DNA from: Candidatus Zhuqueibacterota bacterium
Lineage (GTDB): Bacteria > Zhuqueibacterota > Zhuqueibacteria > JANLFK01 > Oleimicrobiaceae
Assembly: GCA_024655945.1 (NCBI GenBank)
Contig: JANLFK010000004.1
Span: forward strand, 545 to 64,544
DNA length: 64,000 bases
Direction: 5' to 3'
Shown here: piece by piece, positions 31,181 through 41,143 of the stretch
How the letters are laid out: every line of letters starts with the position of its first letter
Position numbering within the stretch: the first letter of the stretch is position 1
Translations under genes and position numbers: made by a program
Notes under the pieces: model-generated
What the model saw: the letters and a program-made list of their open reading frames with translations, nothing else
What the model was told of the DNA's origin: nothing
Databases searched by the model: none

Positions 31181-31416
31181 ATTCGGGACTCTGCGAGTGG
31201 ATTGTGCACGTACCTGCGTCTCTTTTCACCGGTGGTGGCTGAGGTTGACGCGCACGGCAAGGCAGCGGCACGAGCCGATGTGCGCTCGCGGCGCGTCCGC
31301 ACCAGAGCAGTCGCCGTGTGCGAGTTCATCAGGCGCGGCTGGGGGCTCTTGGCCACTCTCCGCATCTCCAACTCGGGGAGCACCTTGCTGTCTCTTTTGC
31401 GGCAGTCTATGCTCAT
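31177..31416 (-). CDS. Small Arg-rich hypothetical protein, ATGA-coupled at both ends
   Basis: Start overlaps the GHMP-kinase stop (31413-16) and stop overlaps the ICMT start (31177-80). Confidence 0.35.
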   Translation of the reverse strand: MSIDCRKRDSKVLPELEMRRVAKSPQPRLMNSHTATALVRTRRERTSARAAALPCASTSATTGEKRRRYVHNPLAESRI

Positions 31417-32828
31417 GAGAATTGCGCTGTGGTCACGGTCCCCAGCAGGGTACCCGGTGCCGACCCAGTGTGGAGCCGTCCCTGCACGCCGGTGGCGTCG
31501 TGGTATTGGGCCAGGACGTTCTGAAGCACGTCTTCGGTGTTGGCCGCCGCGGCCACGGCCACGGTTCCCCCTGCCCGGCGTCCCGTTGCTCTGGCCCCGT
31601 ACAGGCCTTGCACCGGCCCCCGCTCTTTGACCATGCTCACCAACAAGTCAGCTTCCCGGCTGGACAGGTTGCAGTCCCGGCGTGAGCTTTCGTGCGAGTC
31701 CAACATCAACCTGCCCACGCGTACCATGCGCTCGTCCAACTCGCCACCAGTGTCGCTCAGCAGGGCCAACATTTGCTCGGCGCGGCGATGCTCCATCAAC
31801 AGGTGCCCGGTGCAACTGCGCACGCGGTATGTTGCTGAGGGACTTACTGCCAGACGAGCGTCGGGCAGCCTGCCGTGGGTGGCGCGGAACCGCTTGCCGG
31901 TGACCTTGGCCGGCAGCAGGCGTCGGTACGAGGCGAAATCGGTCACGGGTATGTTGCAAAGGTAGCCGTCAAATGCCTGAGGTAACTGCTTGGCTTTGCG
32001 GGCGTGATCAAGAATGATTTTGGTGCCCATGCAAGCCGCAACCTGGGCTCGCGCATAGTGTTCGTTCTCAGCCGAGCTTCCCACCATGGTATTGAGTCCC
32101 ACAAAGCGAACCTCTTTCGGGATAGACACTCGCTTGATGATCTCCCCGGGCTGGCAGCGGATAGCCAGCACCTCGTGGCTGCTGCAAAGGCACACGGTGA
32201 GGTGGTCGGCGATGCTGGCGTCCATGCCCAACAGGCGCGTCTCCACGCGATGACACAGCGCGGGGACCTCTGCCGTGGGCATGTCGATATGAAAGAGGCG
32301 CATAATGCCCAAGGCAGCAGCACAGATCAGCGCCGAGGAAGAGCCGAGCGCCGCGCCCATGGGGATGGAACTCTGGATGCCGACGTTCACCCCGGCATCG
32401 AAACTCCCCAGCACCCGGCTGGAGACAAGCTCATAGAAGATGGCCGCGATGGCTGCGACCCATTCGCCGCGACGCTCTTTGGCAAACAGGGCGCGAACCG
32501 AACCCGGCCGGCTCTTCTCCGGCACACTCAATACCCGGTCCAAGTCCCATTCCACCGTCGAGGAGAGGCCGAACTCCTCTACCCCCAAGCTGCGCACCAG
32601 GACTCTCCGATCCAAGCGGCGTTGAACCCCCACCACGACGGCATCTGAGAGGGTGGTTTGCAGCACTACTGCGCCAAAGGCGGTAGTCAATCCCCCCATG
32701 AGCTCCAATCGCGCCGGGGCGTGGACGATGAATATGTCGCGGCGGGGCGCAAATATGCCCCCAAAGGAGCGCTTCATGGTCTCAATGAAGGCCTTCACCT
32801 CAACAGGGGGTTTCTGCTTTCCTAACAT
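31413..32828 (-). CDS. GHMP-family sugar-kinase-like protein (L-arabinokinase/galactokinase-like) with degenerate motifs
   Basis: APARLELMGG, IPMGAALGSSSA, SHES, GLYGARATG...GGTVAV. Confidence 0.75.
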   Translation of the reverse strand: MLGKQKPPVEVKAFIETMKRSFGGIFAPRRDIFIVHAPARLELMGGLTTAFGAVVLQTTLSDAVVVGVQRRLDRRVLVRSLGVEEFGLSSTVEWDLDRVLSVPEKSRPGSVRALFAKERRGEWVAAIAAIFYELVSSRVLGSFDAGVNVGIQSSIPMGAALGSSSALICAAALGIMRLFHIDMPTAEVPALCHRVETRLLGMDASIADHLTVCLCSSHEVLAIRCQPGEIIKRVSIPKEVRFVGLNTMVGSSAENEHYARAQVAACMGTKIILDHARKAKQLPQAFDGYLCNIPVTDFASYRRLLPAKVTGKRFRATHGRLPDARLAVSPSATYRVRSCTGHLLMEHRRAEQMLALLSDTGGELDERMVRVGRLMLDSHESSRRDCNLSSREADLLVSMVKERGPVQGLYGARATGRRAGGTVAVAAAANTEDVLQNVLAQYHDATGVQGRLHTGSAPGTLLGTVTTAQFS

Positions 32829-33038
32829 ACGCTCCGCCGCGTGGCTATTCCCTTGCCTCTGACCCTATGTTCCAGGTTCCCCCTGGGCCAAGTTCGACTG
32901 CATGACTTTGCGCCTTCTGCCGCCGGCAAGCTATGCTGCCGCGCTGATACGTTGTCAACGCCTGTCTCTCTGCAGAGAAACAGGGAACGACAACCGGTTT
33001 GAGGACCTTCTCGCCGGTGCGGTTTTTTCCAGCATCGC

Positions 33039-33782
33039 TCACACCGGATTGGGCAAGTCGACGAACTCCACCTCCACGCCAAATTCTTGGGCGATTTGCT
33101 CACCGAGCACTTTGATCCCCAATCGCTCGGTGGCATAGTGGCCGGCTGCCACAAAGTGAATGCGGCTCTCTTTGGCCAAGTGCATGGCGGCCTCCACCGG
33201 CTCGCCAGTGATGAAGCAGTGCAAGTCCAAGTCGATCGCCTCCCGCAGATGCCGTGCGCCGCCGCCAGAGACTATGCCCACGGCCTCGACACTGGGTGGC
33301 CCGTAGTCGAAGATCAGCGGATTGCTTTCGTACAAGATCTTGACCTTGTTGAAAAGCACCCGCACATCCAGCGGTTCGGAGTACCTCCCCCAGTGGCCGA
33401 CCGTGGCGAAACGCTCCAAGCACATGAGGCCTAAGGCGCGCGCGGCCAGCGCGTTGTTGCCAAAGCCTGGATGACCGTCCAAGGGCAGATGGTAGGCGAC
33501 CAGCGAGATGTCGTTCGCCAGTAACACCGCCAGGCGCTTCTTCAGAAATCCTCTCACGGTTCTGCTGTCTTGGTCCCAGAAAAGTCCATGGTGGACGATG
33601 ACCATGTCGGCCTGCTTGGCTTCAGCCTGGCGGAATAGCTCAAGCGAGGCGGACACCCCGGTGACGATCTTGTTGACGTGGGGTGTGCCCTCGACCTGCA
33701 GACCCTGAGGGCAAGAGTCCTCGTAGGAGGCTGGCTCAAGAAGCTGGTCGAGATAGGCTACGATACGATCTCGCGCGACCAC
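33039..33782 (-). CDS. Nif3-like dinuclear metal-centre protein (GTP cyclohydrolase 1 type 2 homolog)
   Basis: GLQVEG, VHHGLFW, YHLPLDGH..GNN, GHYATERLG, NPV end. Confidence 0.92.
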   Translation of the reverse strand: MVARDRIVAYLDQLLEPASYEDSCPQGLQVEGTPHVNKIVTGVSASLELFRQAEAKQADMVIVHHGLFWDQDSRTVRGFLKKRLAVLLANDISLVAYHLPLDGHPGFGNNALAARALGLMCLERFATVGHWGRYSEPLDVRVLFNKVKILYESNPLIFDYGPPSVEAVGIVSGGGARHLREAIDLDLHCFITGEPVEAAMHLAKESRIHFVAAGHYATERLGIKVLGEQIAQEFGVEVEFVDLPNPV

Positions 33783-33857
33783 CTTTGGTTCTCCTTAGCC
33801 AATGCGTTGCCTCGCTGGCGGAAGTGCCCGTGCAACATGGGTCAAGCCAATGTCCTT

Positions 33858-33885
33858 TTCATGCCGGCGGGCGAGCCGGCATGAA
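33858..33885. repeat. Perfect 11-bp inverted repeat (hairpin) between the nitroreductase and Nif3 genes
   Basis: TTCATGCCGGC-gggcga-GCCGGCATGAA. Confidence 0.6.
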
Positions 33886-34074
33886 CTGCTGCGCACGATG
33901 TGGCTCTGAGGTCTGCGGTCAGATTCGCGCTTGTCCTCTCAAAGGGTAGAAACCACCCGCAGCCAGCTCGCTTCACCACCTCCCTGTCCACAGCCCGTGA
34001 TTTCTTGCCCGCATTGCTCCGGGTCCAGCCAGGTCAAGCGAGCAGCTCCTCTGGCTGCCGAGACAGTGCTCCGT

Positions 34075-34653
34075 TCAGTACCTGTTGTGGTGCATGACCT
34101 CCTGCAGTGCCCGCTTGGGCACGTGCAAGACTCCGTTCTCGTCGCGCCAGTACTTGACCGAGTCTTGGAGCAGCTCAACCTGCGGAGTTTCTGCCGGATA
34201 ACCAAGGGCAAGCACGGAGTCGATCTCACAGTGCGCCGGAACGGCCAGTGCTTCGCGTACCCTCGGGCGGTCAACTGACCCGATCCAACAGGCACCTATG
34301 CCAAGCTCTAAGGCAGTCAAAATCATGCTCATGATGGCGGCACCCGCATCGTGTTCGCCGCCTTGCTGCCGGCGTTCGCGATTGAGAAGTACGACCACAT
34401 ATGCGGTCGGTCGTTGCCCCGGGGGAGGGGGTCCCTGCTCAGGCGGCAGGTAGCCTGCCCATTTGGTACACGAAAACAACAACTCCACAAGCTGGGGGTC
34501 ATCCACAACCACAAACTCACAAGGCTGGAGGTTGGCTCCGCTCGGAGCCAAGCGGGCGGCGTCCACGATCCTCTCGAGTGCTGAGAAGGGCACCGGCTCT
34601 GGTTCGAAGCGCCGAATGGTGCGCCGGCGCACAATGAGTTCATAGACTCCCAT
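34075..34653 (-). CDS. Nitroreductase family protein
   Basis: RRTIRRF, ARLAPSGANLQP, GIGACWIG, LGYP, VPKR. Confidence 0.9.
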   Translation of the reverse strand: MGVYELIVRRRTIRRFEPEPVPFSALERIVDAARLAPSGANLQPCEFVVVDDPQLVELLFSCTKWAGYLPPEQGPPPPGQRPTAYVVVLLNRERRQQGGEHDAGAAIMSMILTALELGIGACWIGSVDRPRVREALAVPAHCEIDSVLALGYPAETPQVELLQDSVKYWRDENGVLHVPKRALQEVMHHNRY

Positions 34654-34829
34654 TCCGTCCTCGATTGCTTGCCCTGAGTGAGCACGAACGGCACGACCGG
34701 AACTTCATGCTGTAATTTAAGAGATTTTGCGGAAAAATCAAGCGAAAAGCCACTGCAACGTGGCAACGACTCGGAGAGCAGGACTCGATGCGGAGTCCGA
34801 AAAAAAATTGCCTTGCGCCAAAAAAGTGC

Positions 34830-34888
34830 TTGACGGGGCGAGGCGTTGTTCATATAGTTATGCTCAAAAATGCATGAATGCATGAATC
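34830..34888 (+). promoter_or_regulatory. Promoter of the ArsR island with a candidate operator
   Basis: TTGACG-17-TATAGT followed by tandem AATGCATG-AATGCATG-AAT (two ATGCAT palindromes) over the likely TSS. Confidence 0.6.
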
Positions 34889-34900
34889 GAGGACCAAGCC

Positions 34901-35215
34901 ATGGAGCCAATGTACGAGATGGCAGGGCGCCTGCTCAGCTCGCTGGCACATCCGAACCGCCTGATGATACTTGACCTTCTGCGGGACGGCCCCAAATGCG
35001 TCTGCGAGCTACAGGTTGCCCTGCGGATCGAGCAGTCGAACCTCTCCCGCCATCTCAAGGTCATGGCCCAGGAGGGGCTCATTGCTCCGCAGCGCGTGGG
35101 AACGCGGTCGTACTACCGCATTGCAGAGCCGCAGGTGTGGGCCTTGCGGAACACGGCCGCCGAAATCGTCAAGAGGCGGCTGGCTCGCTTGGCCAAGATG
35201 ATTGAAGCCAAGTAG
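34901..35215 (+). CDS. ArsR/SmtB transcriptional repressor
   Basis: LAHPNRLMILDLL..GPKCVCEL...QSNLSRHLKVM; CVC metalloid-sensing site. Confidence 0.92.
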   Translation: MEPMYEMAGRLLSSLAHPNRLMILDLLRDGPKCVCELQVALRIEQSNLSRHLKVMAQEGLIAPQRVGTRSYYRIAEPQVWALRNTAAEIVKRRLARLAKMIEAK

Positions 35216-35261
35216 CCGGCAACCCCATTGTCTCTCAGCTCGGTTTGGAAAAGGTCAGGAG

Positions 35262-35855
35262 ATGGAAGAGAGGAAGTCGATGGCCGGACTTCTCCCCTCG
35301 CGGCAGACGCTTGTCCAGGCGGCTCTGTTAGTCGTGCTCGCCGTCGTTGTTGGCCTGGCGTGGAATGTCCTGTGGCCAAAGGGGGTGGCGATTAGGCGCA
35401 CCCGTCCGCGGCCGCCCATTGAGACGCCTGCCCCGGAGGGCGAGACCGTCCTGTCGGACATTGCTCTCGGCGGCGGCGAGCCAGGCAGTGCCGCAGGGCC
35501 TCGGTTGTACTATGTAACGCTGAGCCAGCTGGATACGCTGCGCGCGAAACCGGGCGTGGTGTTGCTTGATGCCCGGGCTGCGGAGAGCTTCGCGAGGGCG
35601 CACATCCCCGGCGCGGTCAGCCTGCCAGCGGACGAGGTGTGGCAACACTCTGCACAGGTCGCCAAGCTCGCCCAAGCGCAGCTGGCGCTGATTTACTGCG
35701 ACGACCCCCGCTGCGACATGGCCGAACGCCTGGCAGATGAACTTCTGGCGCATGGCTTGAGAGCAATTGCCATCTATGGCGATGGCCTGCGTGGCTGGAT
35801 GGGGGCCGGGCGGCCAGTGGCCCGCGGAGACCTGGCAGAGGGAGGGCGAGAATGA
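35262..35855 (+). CDS. Membrane-anchored rhodanese-domain protein
   Basis: TM helix; LLDAR..F...HIPGAVSL; active-site loop IYCDDPRC; GLRGW..AGRP. Confidence 0.85.
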   Translation: MEERKSMAGLLPSRQTLVQAALLVVLAVVVGLAWNVLWPKGVAIRRTRPRPPIETPAPEGETVLSDIALGGGEPGSAAGPRLYYVTLSQLDTLRAKPGVVLLDARAAESFARAHIPGAVSLPADEVWQHSAQVAKLAQAQLALIYCDDPRCDMAERLADELLAHGLRAIAIYGDGLRGWMGAGRPVARGDLAEGGRE

Positions 35856-36289
35856 AGTGGTGGCTTCCGTATCTCGCAGTGCGCATCGTGCTGGGCATTA
35901 TCTTCGTATATGCGGCGGTGGGCAAGATTGCCGATCCTGCGGAATTCGTCCGCGACGTGGACAACTACCGCTTACTGCCCTACCTTGCCGTGGCTCTGAC
36001 TGCCGCGATTCTCCCCTGGCTGGAGCTCTTGTGTGGCATCGGCCTGATCATAGGGCGATGGACAAGGGGGAGCGCGTTCTTGGTGGCGGTGATGTTGGTG
36101 GTCTTCTTGGCCGGCCTGATTTCGGCTCTGGCGCGGGGCTTGGATATCGATTGCGGCTGCTTCAGCTTGGGGAGCGAAGCCAGCAAGGTGAGCCTGTACC
36201 GCGTCCTCGAGGACGTGCTCATGTTGGCTGCTGCTGTGTGGATCTGGCGCAGGGAGGAGAGTGCAGCTCCGGGTCGCGCGAGCGGGTAA
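35852..36289 (+). CDS. MauE/DoxX family redox membrane protein
   Basis: RIVLG..F.YA..KI.DP, LPWLELLCG, RGLDIDCGCF. Confidence 0.88.
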   Translation: MKWWLPYLAVRIVLGIIFVYAAVGKIADPAEFVRDVDNYRLLPYLAVALTAAILPWLELLCGIGLIIGRWTRGSAFLVAVMLVVFLAGLISALARGLDIDCGCFSLGSEASKVSLYRVLEDVLMLAAAVWIWRREESAAPGRASG

Positions 36290-36331
36290 GATGCATGACT
36301 GCCATTGCCGTAGGACTGTGGAGAATGAGGA

Positions 36332-37632
36332 ATGGACTGGAAAAGAGAGTGGCGCACGTCGGTGCCTATTGTCGCAGGTTTCCTGGTCTGTTTTTACCTG
36401 CCTGTGGGGGCACCCCGCTTCGATAGGGCCATTAGCGAAGCGTTGCACCTGGTGAAGTGGTACGCGCGGGAACACGTCGTCCTCTGCTTGGTCCCTGCCT
36501 TCTTCATTGCCGGTGCCATCGCCGTGTTCGTGAGCAAGGAGTCGGTGATGCGTTACCTGGGGGCGCGGGCCAACAGGGTGCTGGCCTACGGTGTCGCCTC
36601 GGTGTCGGGGAGCATCCTGGCGGTGTGCTCCTGCACGGTGCTACCCTTATTTGCGGGGATCTATCGCATGGGCGCCGGTCTGGGTCCGGCAACCACTTTT
36701 CTCTACTCGGGGCCGGCCATCAACGTCCTGGCCATCGAGTTGACGGCACGCATTCTCGGCCTGCAACTGGGGATCGCCAGAGCGGTCGGCGCAGTGCTGT
36801 TCAGCATCGTCATCGGCCTGCTGATGCATCTCTTCTTCCGCAAGGAGGAGCTGGCGAAAGAAGAGGCGCAGATGCTGTTGCCAACGCCAGCAGCCAAACG
36901 CCCGCTGTGGCAAACAGCTCCCTTTTTCGCCTTGATGGTGGCGATTCTGGTGTTCGCCAACTGGGGCAAGCCGGTGCAGGCCGTTGGCTTTTGGGCGGGC
37001 ATCTACGGCGTGAAGTGGCTCTTGACCGGACTTGCTGCAGCCGCGCTGACCGTGGTGTTGGTGACGTGGTTTTACCTCAGATGGTGGAAACTGCTGTTGG
37101 TAGCTGGCGCCACGGTGGCTGCCGCCTTTTCGGCGCCGCACACGCCGACGGTTCCTTTTGGCGTCGGCGTGGTGGGGCTGTCCATCCTGACCAGCCGCGA
37201 CGATGGTGAGGCCGGCGAATGGTTCGCTTCCACGTGGGGCTATGCCAAGCAGATCCTGCCTCTCTTGTTCTTCGGGGTGCTCATTGCTGGGGGGCTGCTG
37301 GGCCGCCCTGGTCAAGAGAGGGGCTGATCCCGTCGCGATGGGTGAGCCAGCTGGTGGGCGGCAACTCCCTGGGTGCCAACTTGTTCGCCTCGGTGGTTGG
37401 AGCGTTCATGTACTTTGCCACGCTCACCGAGGTGCCCATCCTGCAGGGACTGATTGGCAACGGGATGGGCCAGGGGCCAGCATTAGCGCTGCTTCTGGCG
37501 GGGCCGGCGCTCTCGTTGCCAAGCATGCTCGTCATGCACAGCATCATGGGCACGAAGAAAACGGCGGCCTTCGTTCTCCTTGTGGTGGTCATGGCAACCA
37601 TCACGGGCATGCTGTTCGGTGCCCTGGTGTAG
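36332..37632 (+). pseudogene. ArsP/DUF318 permease, frameshifted near 37318
   Basis: HVVLCLVPAFFIAG, VCSCTVLP, GPAIN; GRPGQE|GLIP is split by an extra AG in CAAGAGAGGGG; C-terminal FMYFATLTEVPI lies in the next frame. Confidence 0.85.
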
Positions 37633-37751
37633 GGCTGGGGAGGTTGAAAAGCCTCTCCCCAGGCTTCGCAGACAGAGCAGAGCGAAGAGCAGGCCGTGCC
37701 TGCGCCTAGCCGCAGGCTTGGGAAGCAGCCCACAGAAGTGGAGGCCGTGCC

Positions 37752-37796
37752 TTGACAGGGGAACAGACGGGGCGCATGCATGGTTTACTCTGTCAA
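37752..37796. promoter_or_regulatory. Imperfect inverted repeat/promoter upstream of the Fe-S/Ni block
   Basis: TTGACAGGGGAAC ... GTTTACTCTGTCAA. Confidence 0.4.
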
Positions 37797-37845
37797 TTGG
37801 CTTGTTGTTTTTGTGTGGAACTAACCTTAGACAGAGGAAGACGCT

Positions 37846-38202
37846 ATGAAGAAGGCGGTTTTGGTCTGTACGTGCAGCTTTGCCTGCCCGAGCATGAAGG
37901 ACATCAACTTCGGCGAGCTGAGTGAGCGTATCCGCATGGAGCTGCCTCAGGACTATCTGGTGCTCTATCCCCGCATCTGCGAGGCGAACGGCGAGAGCTT
38001 GCTTGAAGACCTCCTCAAGCCTGGGGTGAAGTACATCACCCTCGCCTGCAAGGAAGAAAAGCAGAAGAAACTCTTGCGTGACGGATTTGCGCGCGCCGGG
38101 GTGCCCATGGACGACAACTGGAAACCGATCAGCATCTCCTTTAAGACGACTGAGCAGGCGCTGACGGAGCTGGCCAAGGCATTGGAAGAGGAGGAGAAGT
38201 GA
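37846..38202 (+). CDS. Small Cys-containing protein resembling the HdrA N-terminal/MvhD-like fold
   Basis: LVCTC...CP, PRIC, LAC motif layout; RBS GAGGA; overlaps the ferredoxin start. Confidence 0.6.
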   Translation: MKKAVLVCTCSFACPSMKDINFGELSERIRMELPQDYLVLYPRICEANGESLLEDLLKPGVKYITLACKEEKQKKLLRDGFARAGVPMDDNWKPISISFKTTEQALTELAKALEEEEK

Positions 38203-38486
38203 GCCAAACCTACATGAACATCCCGCGGCAGGAGATCCCCTGGTATCCGACGATTGACCAGGAGGCTTGTACCGCATGCGGAAACTGCGTGGACTTTTGC
38301 GCGAACGGCGTTTTTGCGCAAAAAGAGGACTGCGTGGAAGTGGTCAATCCCTACAACTGCGTGGTGGGATGCGACGCCTGTGCCAAGGACTGCCCTTCTG
38401 GGGCCCTTCATTTTCCCAGCAAGGAGGAGCTGGTGCAGAAGCTGCGTGAGCTTCGTGAGGCCTACGCCGAGAAGGCGGGACGGTAG
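38199..38486 (+). CDS. 2x[4Fe-4S]-type ferredoxin
   Basis: CTACGNCVDFC and CVVGCDACAKDCP; IPRQEIPWYPTID N-terminus. Confidence 0.92.
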   Translation: MSQTYMNIPRQEIPWYPTIDQEACTACGNCVDFCANGVFAQKEDCVEVVNPYNCVVGCDACAKDCPSGALHFPSKEELVQKLRELREAYAEKAGR

Positions 38487-38773
38487 ATGGCCTTTACGGC
38501 AGTGCCTCGGGGAACCACGGTGAGCGCGGACTTGCCCTCACCGTGTGTTCCCTTTGTCTGTCCGGGACTTCTTGCCACGTCAGCGTTCAGCTCAAGTCAT
38601 GGGCAGGGCGGAGACAGAACTGGCTGGTCGCCACTCGGATATAGTTCGAGGAGCTGTAACAGACGAGCTGCTAAGGGCCGCACGGCTGGTGGCCAAGTCG
38701 TTTTGGGCACCCGCGGCCCGGCGTCGGTTTATCAGGCCAAAGGGCCTATGCGAGCATGAAGGGAGCTCTCGGC

Positions 38774-39520
38774 ATGGGCAACTTGCTCGAGATACGTCAG
38801 CTGAACCTGGCCTTCGACGGGCGGCCGATTTTGCGTGACTTGACCCTCGACATCAGGAGGGGAGAAGTGCACAGCATTCTCGGCATGAACGGCACGGGCA
38901 AGTCTACCTTGGCCTACGCCATCATGGGACTGAGTGGCTACCGGCCGCAGTCCGGCACGATCGTCTTCGCAGGCGAGGAGATCACCCACCTGCCGGTGGC
39001 GGAGCGTGCGAAGCGAGGCATCACCTTGGCATGGCAGGAGCCGGCCCGCTTTGAGGGCCTCAGCGTGGCGGAATACTTGCGCATCAGTGGCCGGGCCAAC
39101 AATGGCGCACTCGGCGCGGCAGAATGCGTGCGCATGGTCGGCTTGAACCCTGAGCGGTATCTGTCGCGGATGGTGGACAACACCTTGAGCGGCGGCGAGC
39201 GCAAGCGCATTGAGCTGGCCTCGGTATTGGCCATGCAGCCCAAACTGGTCATTCTGGACGAGCCCGATTCCGGCATCGACGCCCTGTCCATCGACTACAT
39301 CGTGGATGACATTCGGGCCTTTGTGCGCCACGGGGCATCGGTTTTGCTCATCACCCACCACGAGGAGGTGGCGCGCATGGCGGACAGGGCCTCGTCTCTG
39401 TGCGGAGGCACCATCCTGAAGACCGGCCTCCCGGAAGAGGTGGCACGCTTTTTCCGCAATCACTGCCGCGAGTGTCCCCACGTGAACCAGCCGGAAGAGG
39501 AGATCTACCGCAATGATTGA
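38774..39520 (+). CDS. SufC/SmsC-like Fe-S assembly ABC ATPase
   Basis: GMNGTGKST, WQEPARFEG, LSGGERKRIE, LDEPDSGID, ITH; C-terminal SLCGG and CRECPH. Confidence 0.88.
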   Translation: MGNLLEIRQLNLAFDGRPILRDLTLDIRRGEVHSILGMNGTGKSTLAYAIMGLSGYRPQSGTIVFAGEEITHLPVAERAKRGITLAWQEPARFEGLSVAEYLRISGRANNGALGAAECVRMVGLNPERYLSRMVDNTLSGGERKRIELASVLAMQPKLVILDEPDSGIDALSIDYIVDDIRAFVRHGASVLLITHHEEVARMADRASSLCGGTILKTGLPEEVARFFRNHCRECPHVNQPEEEIYRND

Positions 39521-40463
39521 TCCCCGCCAGGAGTTTGAGCTCCTCGCTGAGGCGTACGACAAGAGCGGGGGGCAACTCGATGCCCTGAGGGATGCCCAGG
39601 TCGGCAGCCTGGTGGTCAGCCTGCACAAGATTCTTGCCAAAAATGAGATACCAGGCTTGCTCATTGAGGGCGAAGAAACCCCCACCGGCGTCCGAGCCAG
39701 GATCACGGTCAAGCAGGGCACCGTGATCGAACGTCCTGTGCACCTCTGTTTCGGGGTGCTGCCCAAAGAGGGTGTGCAGGAGATCGTGGGCGAATTCGCC
39801 ATCGAAGACCAGGCAAAGGCCACCTTCGTGGCGCACTGCTCCTTTCCGAACGCCGTAAAGGTCAGGCACCTCATGCAAGGCACCGTCCGGGTGGGCAAGG
39901 GGGCCTTGATGACCTACAACGAAACCCACTTTCACGGTGACCGGGGGGGCGTCGAGGTGCTGCCCGTGATGCGCGTCGAGGTTGCGGAGGGTGGTGAATT
40001 TCGCAGCGAGTTCAAACTCACCCAAGGGAGGGCCGGCCGGGTGGAGATCGACTATGAGGTGCGGGTTGGCACCCACGGCCTCTGTGAGCTCTATGCCAAG
40101 GTTTATGGGAAGCAGGCCGACCGCATTCGCGTGAAAGAATCGATCTATCTGGACGGGGCAGGTGCCCGCGGGCTGGCCAAGAGCCGCATCGTGGTCAGCG
40201 ATCGTGCAGAGAGCGAAGTGGTAGGCGAGATCGTGGGTAACGCACCCTTGTCGCGGGGGCACGTCGACTGCGTGGAGATCATTCAGGGCAAACAGGTGCG
40301 TGCCAGCGCCGTGCCCATGCTCCGCGTGGTCGACGAGACGGCCAAGCTGACCCACGAGGCCGCCATAGGCAGCGTGGACAAGAAGCAGGTGGAGACGCTG
40401 ATGGCACGCGGGCTGACCGAGAACGAGGCCGTAGACGTGGTCGTCCAAGGCTTGCTGCGATAG
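39513..40463 (+). CDS. Short SufB/SufD (SmsB-like) Fe-S scaffold
   Basis: PVHLCFG, AHCSFPNA, RGHVDCVEI, AKLTHEAAIGSVDKKQVETLMARGL. Confidence 0.88.
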   Translation: MIDPRQEFELLAEAYDKSGGQLDALRDAQVGSLVVSLHKILAKNEIPGLLIEGEETPTGVRARITVKQGTVIERPVHLCFGVLPKEGVQEIVGEFAIEDQAKATFVAHCSFPNAVKVRHLMQGTVRVGKGALMTYNETHFHGDRGGVEVLPVMRVEVAEGGEFRSEFKLTQGRAGRVEIDYEVRVGTHGLCELYAKVYGKQADRIRVKESIYLDGAGARGLAKSRIVVSDRAESEVVGEIVGNAPLSRGHVDCVEIIQGKQVRASAVPMLRVVDETAKLTHEAAIGSVDKKQVETLMARGLTENEAVDVVVQGLLR

Positions 40464-40652
40464 CACGCTGCCGTTCTTCTTTCCGGGAACTTGCAGCCAT
40501 GGGGGGTGCAGTTGTCAGCCACGTGCGCGGCTGAGAGAGTCGAGCCAAGAACGATTGACCCTGAGGTGATGCCAGAGTTTTTGCGCGGGTCGTCACAGTC
40601 TGTCCAGCGATGCTGCGAAACCAATGGATAGGACGCGAAAGGGAAGGAAACG

Positions 40653-41084
40653 ATGTCGCCAGAAGAGGTCCTGAGGACAAGAAAGGTTTATGCTCTGATG
40701 GGGGCTTCGCAGGACATTCTCAAGTATAGCTACGAGCTGTTTCACACCCTTCTCCAGGCCGGTTACAAGGTCTACCCAGTCAATCCCAGGTACCAGGCGA
40801 TTGATGGGCGACGGTGCTATGGCTCCCTGGCAGAGTTACCAGAGAAGCCAGAAGTGGTCATTGCGGCGCTGGCGCCAGCAAATACGGAAAGGGCGTTGGA
40901 GCAGGCGGTGGCTCTGGGGATAGAACTCGTGTGGATCCCCCCGGGCTCATCGTCGGATCAAGTGCTGCAAAAGGCTCGCACGCTGGGCTTGACTGTGCTT
41001 CATGGCGTGTGTCCTGTGGGTACGCTCAGACGGATGACACGCGAGGGCGGGGAGGATATTTCAGGGCCAGCTCGTCCGCAATAG
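40653..41084 (+). CDS. CoA-binding protein (YccU-like)
   Basis: ALMGAS...KYS, GYKVYPVNP, CYGSLAELP, WIPPG, CP. Confidence 0.85.
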   Translation: MSPEEVLRTRKVYALMGASQDILKYSYELFHTLLQAGYKVYPVNPRYQAIDGRRCYGSLAELPEKPEVVIAALAPANTERALEQAVALGIELVWIPPGSSSDQVLQKARTLGLTVLHGVCPVGTLRRMTREGGEDISGPARPQ

Positions 41085-41143
41085 GAGCTGGGCGCCGTGG
41101 CGCGATGGGCTTGCGGCACTGACGCTATCGTGAGGAGTGGAAC

